A stretch of 64,000 bases of DNA from Acidobacteriota bacterium (GTDB taxonomy: Bacteria; Acidobacteriota; UBA890; WLXD01): assembly GCA_963666215.2 (NCBI GenBank), contig CAXWPL010000005.1, positions 864,001 to 928,000 of the forward strand. Direction: 5' to 3'. Positions 1 to 8,349 of this stretch are shown here, one piece after another. The position numbers and the translations under genes were made by a program. The notes beneath the pieces were generated by a model, which ran no database searches, was not told the origin of the DNA, and saw only the letters and a program-made list of their open reading frames with translations. Position 1 is the first letter of the stretch. Every line of letters starts with the position of its first letter.

Positions 1-810
1 GAGAACTTCCAGAAGCTCTTGCAGCGCAATCCAGCCGCCGAAGTCATCGATGATCAACCGATACTTCTCGAGAGAGCGATGCTCGAAGGGGGCTCGGGGC
101 AACGGCTCGTCGAGCCAGCGGTCGGAGAGAAAACCGCCCGCGAGCGTGCCGTAGGTCAACAGGTGAACGCCACGCTCCACGCAGAGCTTCGCCAGGCCGT
201 TCTCGGGGCGCCGATCGAGCAGGGAGTACTGCACCTGCGCCGCCGTCACCGGAATCCCGCCGTCGAGCAGCTCGCGTAGTCGTTCGGTGTCGAAGTTGGT
301 CACACCCAGACAGCGGATCTTGCCCTCGGTCTGCATCTCCACCAAATGGGCCGCTGCCTCGAGGTACCCGGGAACCGAATAGTCCCACCAGGCGAACTGC
401 ACGAGATCGAGCCGCTCCATCCCCAGCCGACGCAGCGAACGGTGGACGATCCGCCGCACGTAGCTCCGATCGCAACGCGACAGCTCGTCGCGATCGGGAA
501 CGAACTTCGTATGCACCCGAATGGCGTCGGCCGCGCTGGACCCCGCGGCGCCGCCGGCGCCGCGCGCCCGTCGTCGGATCAATCGTCCCAGCAATGACTC
601 GACCCCGGTATAGATATCGGCGCAGTCGAAGGTGTTGAAGCCGGCGTCGACGTAGGTTTCCAGAGCGTCCAGGGCTCGAGCTTCGTCGATTGGCTGACGT
701 GAGTGTCCCTCCGAGAACTGCCAGCAGCCGACGATCAAGCGCGGAATCGAGTAGCCGGGCGCCAGTTCGACACTCGGCAGCTCGGCCGCTTCGTGCACCG
801 GTCGGCCCAT
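1..810 (-). CDS. Aldo/keto reductase, 3' end runs off window
   Basis: Manual translation from ATG at 810: MGRPVHE...IPRLIVGCWQ...GFNTFDCADIY...VHTKFVP...SLRRLGMERLDLVQF...EGKIRCLGVTNF...QVQYSLLDRR. Missing from the ORF track because there is no stop in the window. Confidence 0.9.
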   Translation of the reverse strand, partial: MGRPVHEAAELPSVELAPGYSIPRLIVGCWQFSEGHSRQPIDEARALDALETYVDAGFNTFDCADIYTGVESLLGRLIRRRARGAGGAAGSSAADAIRVHTKFVPDRDELSRCDRSYVRRIVHRSLRRLGMERLDLVQFAWWDYSVPGYLEAAAHLVEMQTEGKIRCLGVTNFDTERLRELLDGGIPVTAAQVQYSLLDRRPENGLAKLCVERGVHLLTYGTLAGGFLSDRWLDEPLPRAPFEHRSLEKYRLIIDDFGGWIALQELLEVL

Positions 811-841
811 GTGATCACCCCTCACGCAATCGGCTCGAGCG

Positions 842-1198
842 TCAATCGTCCCCCGGAGTGACATCCGGGCGAAGCGGCACCACCGTCACGTCGGAATGAC
901 GAAAGGTGGTCTGGCCCGTGCGCGTAATCCGGAACCGCGCGCCGCAGTTGGGATCGGGACAGGCCAGCTCCATGTCAGTCGTCATCCAGTCATTCGACTC
1001 AGTGTGTCGCTGCTTGGCCGGTAGCAAGGGCAGAATGGCGGCCAGCGGATAGAGAGGGAAGGTCTGCCCTGGAGGCAGCGACAGATCCTCACCCGAGAGC
1101 TCGAAATAGTCTCCGACCGCGTGATTACAGACCATCGGCCGGTCGCCCGCCACCACTTCGACGCGCAGGTCGAACAACGTGAACTCGTCGCTTGCCAC
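842..1198 (-). CDS. TIGR04076-family small Cys-containing protein
   Basis: DLRVEVV...CNH..GDYFELSGE...LAAILPLL...ACPDPNC pattern; lies 31 bp upstream of the AKR on the same strand. Confidence 0.75.
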   Translation of the reverse strand: MASDEFTLFDLRVEVVAGDRPMVCNHAVGDYFELSGEDLSLPPGQTFPLYPLAAILPLLPAKQRHTESNDWMTTDMELACPDPNCGARFRITRTGQTTFRHSDVTVVPLRPDVTPGDD

Positions 1199-1308
1199 GA
1201 TCTCCTCCGGTCATTGCCCGACGGGGTTCTCCAATGCCACGCTAGATCGTATGCTCCCGCGATGATCAGCCTGAGTCGCGTCCGCGTCATCACCGCTCGG
1301 TTACGCCG

Positions 1309-2733
1309 TTGCATTCGCGCACAGACACCCCGGCCCACACCTTGCCGGTGAACGACTCGCTGCGCTTCCATGGCGGCGCAGCCGGGGCCCTGGCTCCTTT
1401 CGTTCTGTTTCTTGCCGGCGTCGCCTGGTTGTCGCTGTCGGGCGCACCCGACGAGCGCGGCTTCTGGCCGGTCTTGCTCGCCGCGCTGGCGCTCGGCATG
1501 TTACTGGCTCGCGATCGCGTGGCCTACGCCGACGCGCTGATCACCGGCATGGCACAACGCGTGGTCCTCGCCATGGTCATGGCCTGGCTACTGGCGGGCG
1601 CGTTCGGCAGCGTGATGAACGCGACAGGCTTCGTGGAATCGCTCATTTGGGCGGCGCGGGCCGCCGGCGTCTCTGGCGGCGTCTTCGTGGGCGTGGCCTT
1701 CGTCGTGACCTGCGTCGTCTCAACCGCCACCGGCACCAGCCTGGGTACGGTCTTGATTTGCGGACCCTTGCTCTACCCGGCGGGCGGTGCGCTCGGCGCC
1801 GCGCCTGGCTGGCTGATCGGGGCGATCCTCGGCGGGGCGGTGTTCGGCGACAACATCTCACCCGTGTCCGACACCACGATCGCTTCGGCAGGCACTCAGG
1901 GCGCCGACATTGGTGGGGTGGTGCGCAGCCGCCTGCCCTACGCATTCGCGGCCGCGGCCGTAGCGCTCACCGGCTACATCGCGCTCGGCGGCGGTTCGTC
2001 TCTGGGCGGTGTCGCGGCCGCGCCGGACAACGCTCTTTCGGATCTTTTAAAGAACGCGCTGCCAATGGCGCTCGCACCCGCCATCGTCATCGCGCTGCTG
2101 CTACGCGGCCGGCATCTGCTGCACGGCCTTCTGGCCGGCATTGGCGTGGCATCTATCCTGGGCCTCCTGCTCGGACTCCTGACGCCGAGCGATCTGCTGT
2201 GGATCGACTCCGAGGCCTTCAGCGCCCGCGGACTCATCATCGAAGGCCTCGAGCGTGGCGTCGGCGTGTCGATTCTCACCTTCCTGCTGATGGGCCTGGT
2301 AACCGGCATCGAGCGCTCGGGCCTGGTCGATCGCCTGCTGTCGCGCCTGCACGCTACCGCCACGAGCCCGATGCGGGCGGAGCTGACCATCGTCGGCGCA
2401 ACAACCGCCGTGGTGCTGCTGATCACCCACTCGGCAGTGGCGATCCTCGCGGTCGGGCGCGTGGCCCGCGAAATAGGCCGCGGCGCCGGCCTGAACGGCT
2501 ACCGGCGTGCCAACCTGCTCGACATGACCGTCTGCACCAGCCCCTTCCTGCTGCCGTACATGATCCCGACGATCCTCGCCTCGGCGATGACCGCGAGCGG
2601 CGCCGACGCCGGCATGCCGCGTGTCTCGGCGCTCCAGGTCGGGATGCACAATCTTCATTCGTGGGCGCTCATCGTCGTCCTCGTGGCCGCGGTTGGCACC
2701 GGTTGGGGCCGGGATAATTCGCCAAATTCTTAG
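1309..2733 (+). CDS. Na+/H+ antiporter NhaC-family (MetT-like) transporter
   Basis: Polytopic protein with ATGTSLGT and GAVFGDNISPVSDTTIASA motifs; true start may be GTG at 1348. Confidence 0.85.
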   Translation: MHSRTDTPAHTLPVNDSLRFHGGAAGALAPFVLFLAGVAWLSLSGAPDERGFWPVLLAALALGMLLARDRVAYADALITGMAQRVVLAMVMAWLLAGAFGSVMNATGFVESLIWAARAAGVSGGVFVGVAFVVTCVVSTATGTSLGTVLICGPLLYPAGGALGAAPGWLIGAILGGAVFGDNISPVSDTTIASAGTQGADIGGVVRSRLPYAFAAAAVALTGYIALGGGSSLGGVAAAPDNALSDLLKNALPMALAPAIVIALLLRGRHLLHGLLAGIGVASILGLLLGLLTPSDLLWIDSEAFSARGLIIEGLERGVGVSILTFLLMGLVTGIERSGLVDRLLSRLHATATSPMRAELTIVGATTAVVLLITHSAVAILAVGRVAREIGRGAGLNGYRRANLLDMTVCTSPFLLPYMIPTILASAMTASGADAGMPRVSALQVGMHNLHSWALIVVLVAAVGTGWGRDNSPNS

Positions 2734-2906
2734 TCTTTCATCGCCCCACCCCTGCGCCGTCGACAGCCCTCGCGAGCTCGGCGTTTCATCGCTCCCACAG
2801 CTTGACCACTCTCCGGCCAGCGGCTTGACTACTGGCGAATTCTCGAACGAATCGACAGCGACCCCTCCCCACGAGCCCTACACCCGATCGTCTGGAGCAC
2901 CTCCTG

Positions 2907-5900
2907 ATGCAGTTTTCCCGTGCAACTCGCTTGGTCACCACGGCTACCGCCATCGGCCTTCTCACGCTACTGCCCGGACACGCATGGGCTCAGGGCAGCC
3001 GCCAGGATCTCGATACCGACGACACGTCGCACAACACCGTCGATCCGAAGCTCTTGGAAGGAATGTCGTACCGCTCCACGGGCTTTTCGCGCGGTGGACG
3101 CTCGACCGCTGTCGCTGGCGTCATGGGCGACCCGATGACCTACTACTTCGGCAGCACCGGCGGCGGCGTGTGGAAGACCAGCGACGCGGGTATCAACTGG
3201 AACAACGTCAGCGACACCTTCTTCGGCGTGGGTGCGATCGGTGCGCTCGTGGTGGCACCCTCCGACCCCAACGTGATCTATGCCGGCACCGGCTCCGGCT
3301 GCCCGCGCGGCAACGTGTCGAACGGCGATGGCATCTACCGTTCGACCGACTCGGGCAAGACCTGGAAGCACATCGGCCTGCGCCACGCCGGGCAGATTCC
3401 CAAGATCCGCGTCCACCCGAGCAACCCCGACATCGTGTACGTGGCAGCGCTCGGCCACATCTTCGGACCCAACGAAGACCGCGGTGTGTTCCGCTCGATG
3501 GATGGCGGCGAGAGCTGGGAGAAGGTCCTGTATGTCGACCAAGAGACCGGCTTCTACCAAGTCGTCCTCGATGTCAACAATCCCCGCGTGCTGTACGCGT
3601 CGGCCTGGCGCGCCGAGCGCAAGCCGTGGACGCTGATCTCGGGCAACGAGCAGGGCGGCATCTGGAAGAGCACCGATGCCGGTGACACCTGGGAGAAGCT
3701 CGCTGGCGGCCTCCCCACCGGGCTGCTCGGAAAGATCGACGTGACAGTCTCGCCGGCGAACTCTGATCGTGTGTGGGCGCTCATCGAGGCCGAAGGCGAC
3801 CGCGGTGGCGTTTACCGCTCGGACAACGCCGGGGAAAGCTGGAGCCGGATCAACGGCGAAGCAAACCTGCGGCAGCGCCCCTGGTACTACATCCACATCT
3901 ACGCCGACCCGGTCGACGCCGACACCGTGTACGCGCTCAACACCGGCTTCTACAAGTCGATCGACGGTGGCCGCACCTTCGATACGCAGATCCAGGTGCC
4001 GCACGGCGACAACCACGACCTGTGGGTCAACCCCGACAACCCGAAGAACATGATCAACGGCAACGACGGCGGCGCCAACGTGTCGTTCAACGGTGGGCAA
4101 TCGTGGACCTGGCAGATGAACCAGCCGACCTCCGAGATTTACCGGGTCTTCGTCGACGACGACTGGCCCTACCGCATCTACGGTAGCCAGCAGGACAACT
4201 CGACGATCTCGATCCCGAGCCGCGGCGGCGGCGGCTTTGGAACCTTCCCAGACTGGTACCCGGTCGGCGGCTGCGAATCGGGCCATATCGGTATCGACCC
4301 ACGCGATAACGCCATCGTTTATGCCGGCTGCTATGGCGGCCAGATCAGCCGCATCGACCGCAATCGCGGCACCGCGCGGCAGATCCTCGCCTACCCGCAA
4401 CTGCAGCTCGGGCAGGCGCCCAAGGACCTCGAGTTCCGCTTCCAGTGGAACGCGCCGATCCGCATCTCGCCGCACGATCCGGACGTCGTGTACCACACGT
4501 CGCAGGTGGTGCATCGCACCCGCAACGGCGGCCAGACCTGGGAGGTCATCAGCCCCGATCTGACGACTGACAACCCCGAGACCCAGGAGTACGCGGGAGG
4601 CCCGATCAGCCACGACTCCACCGGCGTCGAGGTCTACAACACGATCTTCGCGTTCGAGGAATCGCCACACACACAGGGACTGATGTGGAGCGGCTCCGAC
4701 GACGGCAAGATCCACCTGTCGCGCGACAGCGGCGCCAGCTGGAGTGACATCACGCCCGACAACATGCCGCCGGGTGGAACGATCAACGTTATCGACCTGT
4801 CGGCGCACGACGCCGGGCGAGCGCATGTTGCCGTCTACCGCTACCGAGAGGGCGACTTCCGTCCCTACATCTTCCAGACGAACGACTACGGCGCCAACTG
4901 GAGCCTGCTCACCGACGGCAACGGGATCCCCGACACCAACTTCACGCGCGCGGTGCGCGAGGATCCGGTTCACCGCGGCTTGATCTTCGCCGGCACCGAG
5001 TACGGCATGTACGTCTCGTTCGACGACGGCGCCAACTGGCAGGACTTCCAGCGCGACCTGCCGGTAACGCCGGTGACCGACATGCAGATCCACCGCGACG
5101 ACCTGGTGGTCTCCACCCAAGGCCGTGGCTTCTGGGTCATGGACGACATCTCGCCGCTGCGGCAGGTCGGCGAGATTGGCGATGCCAGCGCAGTGTTGTT
5201 GGCGCCGCGAGCGGCCTACCGAGGCGGCTCGCTCGGCGGCGCTCAGATTCGCTACTACTTCAACGAAGAGCCGGAAGGCGAGGTCAAGCTCGAGATTCTC
5301 GACGAGATGGGCGAGACGGTCCGAGAATTCACCGCGACCGCAGGCCAGAAGGCTGCGCCGTCCGGTGGCGGTGGGTTCTTCGCCCAGTTCTTCGGGGCCG
5401 GTGGCACCTTCGCCGTCAAGCAGGGCTTCAACGGCTTCCAGTGGAACATGCGCCACGAGAATGTGACCATTCCGCAGGGAGTCGTCCTGTGGGGCTTCGC
5501 ACCCGGAGCCGCCGTGGCACCCGGTTCGTACCAGCTGCGGATGAGCTCCGGTGAATGGAGCCAAACGCAGCCGCTCGAAATCGGCATCAACCCGAAGATC
5601 GGCAAGACCGCGGACGACTTCCAGGCGCAGTACGATTTTCTGCGCATGGTGGGCGGCAGCATCGACGACCTGTACGGCGGTCTCAGCCGCCTACGCGACG
5701 TGAAGTCGCAGTCGACGGCCATCGTCGAGCGCCTCGAGAAGGCCAACGTCGAATCCGACGACGTGGCTGAAGCAGCCGAAGCGATGAACGCGAAGCTCAC
5801 CGAGATCGAGGAACTGCTCACGCAGGTCAAGAGCAAGTCGGGTCAGGACCCGATCAACTTCCCGCCGCAGCTCGACAACCAGCTGGTCGGCGTCTATGGG

Positions 5901-6086
5901 TTCGCGGCGCAATCCGACGATCGGCCGACCGATGGTGCCGTGCGGCGCTTCAACGACCTGAGGCCGCTGCTCGACGAGCTGCTCGAGCGGCTGGAGGGCG
6001 TGCTCGACAGCAGCTTGGCCGCGTTCAACGAGCTTGTCGCGGCCAAAAACGTGCCGCCCGTAGCGGTGGCGAGCGAGTCGGAATAA
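2907..6086 (+). CDS. Secreted BNR/Asp-box (VPS10/sortilin-like) beta-propeller glycosyl-hydrolase-like protein
   Basis: Signal peptide; many SxDxGxTW Asp-boxes (KTSDAGINW, RSTDSGKTW, KSTDAGDTW); RFQWNAPI; helical C-terminus. Confidence 0.85.
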   Translation: MQFSRATRLVTTATAIGLLTLLPGHAWAQGSRQDLDTDDTSHNTVDPKLLEGMSYRSTGFSRGGRSTAVAGVMGDPMTYYFGSTGGGVWKTSDAGINWNNVSDTFFGVGAIGALVVAPSDPNVIYAGTGSGCPRGNVSNGDGIYRSTDSGKTWKHIGLRHAGQIPKIRVHPSNPDIVYVAALGHIFGPNEDRGVFRSMDGGESWEKVLYVDQETGFYQVVLDVNNPRVLYASAWRAERKPWTLISGNEQGGIWKSTDAGDTWEKLAGGLPTGLLGKIDVTVSPANSDRVWALIEAEGDRGGVYRSDNAGESWSRINGEANLRQRPWYYIHIYADPVDADTVYALNTGFYKSIDGGRTFDTQIQVPHGDNHDLWVNPDNPKNMINGNDGGANVSFNGGQSWTWQMNQPTSEIYRVFVDDDWPYRIYGSQQDNSTISIPSRGGGGFGTFPDWYPVGGCESGHIGIDPRDNAIVYAGCYGGQISRIDRNRGTARQILAYPQLQLGQAPKDLEFRFQWNAPIRISPHDPDVVYHTSQVVHRTRNGGQTWEVISPDLTTDNPETQEYAGGPISHDSTGVEVYNTIFAFEESPHTQGLMWSGSDDGKIHLSRDSGASWSDITPDNMPPGGTINVIDLSAHDAGRAHVAVYRYREGDFRPYIFQTNDYGANWSLLTDGNGIPDTNFTRAVREDPVHRGLIFAGTEYGMYVSFDDGANWQDFQRDLPVTPVTDMQIHRDDLVVSTQGRGFWVMDDISPLRQVGEIGDASAVLLAPRAAYRGGSLGGAQIRYYFNEEPEGEVKLEILDEMGETVREFTATAGQKAAPSGGGGFFAQFFGAGGTFAVKQGFNGFQWNMRHENVTIPQGVVLWGFAPGAAVAPGSYQLRMSSGEWSQTQPLEIGINPKIGKTADDFQAQYDFLRMVGGSIDDLYGGLSRLRDVKSQSTAIVERLEKANVESDDVAEAAEAMNAKLTEIEELLTQVKSKSGQDPINFPPQLDNQLVGVYGFAAQSDDRPTDGAVRRFNDLRPLLDELLERLEGVLDSSLAAFNELVAAKNVPPVAVASESE

Positions 6087-6263
6087 GACTGAAGAATCGT
6101 AGCTGCCGAGGCGTAGCGGTGACCGTCGATCTGTGTCTGCGTGACGCGTTGCCGGTGGTGCAAAGCCACGCGGAGAAGCCCATCCAAGACAGCTGACAAC
6201 TGCCGGAAGCGACGCTACGGCTCAGGGCGGCAGTAGCCGCCGGCTCGGCCTCGGCGACTCCGT

Positions 6264-7064
6264 TTAGCTTGTCTGCGCCGACAACCGGATGGCCGTACGA
6301 CGACGCCAGCGCTGCAGCGGCGACCGCCGCGTGAGCCGCTCGGCGGCGAGCTCGAGGCGTGCAGGACGGCCTGGACGAGGGCTAGAGCTGAGGCGAGCGG
6401 TCGGGCCGCCGCTTGTGCCTCGCCAGTAGGAGAACGGCACCACTCCCAGACAAACCTGCGTTACCAGCTCGCCGAGCATCTCCGCCTCGAGAGAGTAGTC
6501 CTGCCAGCGCAGCAGCGCGCGCTCGGCAACCCGGCTGTCGAGCCAGAAGATGATGCGCGTCCGTCCGTTGTCCCTGCACCAACGGCGCTCCTCCACAAGC
6601 AGCAACGTTCGAACCCCACGCTTGCGGTACTCAGGCATCGTATAGGCGTTGTAGACCACACAGGCGGCGGCTCCATCGGACTGATCAATAGCCAGATTCA
6701 ACCAGCCGTCGAAGTGACCGAGAGTCTGGATCCAGATGTAGCCGACGATGGCACCGCCGGCTTCGGCCACCAGGCAAGCCTCGCCCGCCTCCAGGCGCTT
6801 CGCGAAGTAGGGCGAGTCGGCCGGCTGCGCCATGCATACCAGCTCATCGAGGTCGTCGAGGCTGGCCTCGCGGGTTCGGATGTCCGGGTCGTGCGGAATG
6901 TTCGTGAGTGGCCCGACATTGGCGGCGAAGAGCACGTTGCGGCGAGTCTGCCACGCCAGCGAGGGAAGTCGTATCGACACCGGAGCCTCCGAGTTCTTCA
7001 GAGGGAAACGATCGGCAGCGGTCGGGGCGATGCTCCTTGGACCGGTCACCAAACGCGGCGACAT
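6264..7064 (-). CDS. GNAT-family N-acetyltransferase
   Basis: CLVAEAGGAIVGYIW and acetyl-CoA motif A YTMPEYRKRGV; start uncertain. Confidence 0.65.
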   Translation of the reverse strand: MSPRLVTGPRSIAPTAADRFPLKNSEAPVSIRLPSLAWQTRRNVLFAANVGPLTNIPHDPDIRTREASLDDLDELVCMAQPADSPYFAKRLEAGEACLVAEAGGAIVGYIWIQTLGHFDGWLNLAIDQSDGAAACVVYNAYTMPEYRKRGVRTLLLVEERRWCRDNGRTRIIFWLDSRVAERALLRWQDYSLEAEMLGELVTQVCLGVVPFSYWRGTSGGPTARLSSSPRPGRPARLELAAERLTRRSPLQRWRRRTAIRLSAQTS

Positions 7065-7277
7065 CGATGCACGATGCGGCAGCGATAAGAGGCAGTATTC
7101 AACGGCGCCGACCGCTCAGATAGCGATCGGCTACGGCTCGGGAGTCAGATGCGGCCTCACAAGAGCGGTACTCGCAGCGGCTTTCCGCCGCTGGCTGACT
7201 AGGGCGGAAATCGCGGCAGCATGCGAGAACGACGCCGGCCGGCGGCCGACCCGTTGGTGACCGGTCCCGAGGCCCGA

Positions 7278-8237
7278 CTAGTCGAAGAAGGCGACGTCGA
7301 TCCCGACGTCGCGCTCTTGGGCCCGGTCGTAGATCAGCCTTGCCAATGCAAGGTCCTGCACCGCGAGACCCGTCGAGTCGAAGAGCGTGATCTCGTCGTC
7401 CGACTCGCGACCCGCCTTTTCGCCGACAACGATCTCACCGAGCGCTGCGTAGATGCCGTCGCGCGTCAGCGTGCCCTCGTGCAAAGGGACGTTGACCTCA
7501 CCGCTGCCGCAGGCCTGCTCCCAATCGTCGAGAACGATCTTGGCGCAACTCATCAGGGCTCCCTCGACTTCTTGCTTGCCGTGGGCGTCGGCTCCCATGG
7601 CGTTGACGTGGCTGCCGGGCCGCACCCAGTCGGCCTGGACGACCGGCGTGTAGGAGGGCGTGGCGGTGCAGACGATGTCGCAGCCCGCCGCCTCGGCGGC
7701 GTCGCCCACGCGGCCACCGACCTCGTCGGCAAACATCGCGGCCGACTCAGGGTTGGCATCGCAACCGACGACCTCGAGATCGTCATAGACCACGCGTAGC
7801 GCTTGCAGCAACGTTCGCGACTGAACGCCGCAGCCCACGAAACCGGCGCTCTTGGCGTCGGGCCGCGCAAGGTACTTCGACGCCACTCCTGCCGCGGCGC
7901 CCGTGCGGATCGCGGTCAGCAGCGACGCGTCCATAACCGCCAGCGGCACGGCGGTCGTCGGGTCACTCAGAATGTACATGCCGAGCACGGATGGCAGCCC
8001 GTGACGCTCGGGATTGCGCGGGTGAGAGTTGACCCACTTCACCCCGGCGGAGTCGCCCCAGTACGCCGGCATCGCTCTGAAATCGCCGTCGAACTGCGGT
8101 AGGTCGAGGTAGACCTTCACGGGCATTTGGGTCACGCCGCGGCCGTGAGCGGCGAACGCCGCCTCGATCGAGACCACGGCGTCTTTCATCTCGACAACCG
8201 ATCGCACATCCGACTGGGTCAGCACTCGTGTCTTCAT
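7278..8237 (-). CDS. Ornithine cyclodeaminase/mu-crystallin family, archaeal alanine dehydrogenase-like
   Basis: QMPVKVYL, GDFRAMPAY, GVKWVNSHPRNP, RTGAAAGVA, GCGVQS, AMGADAHGKQE, FDSTGLAVQD. Confidence 0.88.
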   Translation of the reverse strand: MKTRVLTQSDVRSVVEMKDAVVSIEAAFAAHGRGVTQMPVKVYLDLPQFDGDFRAMPAYWGDSAGVKWVNSHPRNPERHGLPSVLGMYILSDPTTAVPLAVMDASLLTAIRTGAAAGVASKYLARPDAKSAGFVGCGVQSRTLLQALRVVYDDLEVVGCDANPESAAMFADEVGGRVGDAAEAAGCDIVCTATPSYTPVVQADWVRPGSHVNAMGADAHGKQEVEGALMSCAKIVLDDWEQACGSGEVNVPLHEGTLTRDGIYAALGEIVVGEKAGRESDDEITLFDSTGLAVQDLALARLIYDRAQERDVGIDVAFFD

Positions 8238-8349
8238 GCCGCCAGCCTAGCAAGAAGTCGCGCGAGACTCGTGCCCATCCCCCGCCAACAGAGCAGCTCC
8301 GGGGCCGACGCGCCACGCAACCGGGGGAGCCTTCTCATAAACTCGCTGC

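Noticed and set aside
2967-5564. 865-aa antisense ORF, and similar ones at 24181-25683, 47350-49053 and 44425-45573
   Set aside because: Shadow frames of GC3-rich genes with no recognisable motifs.
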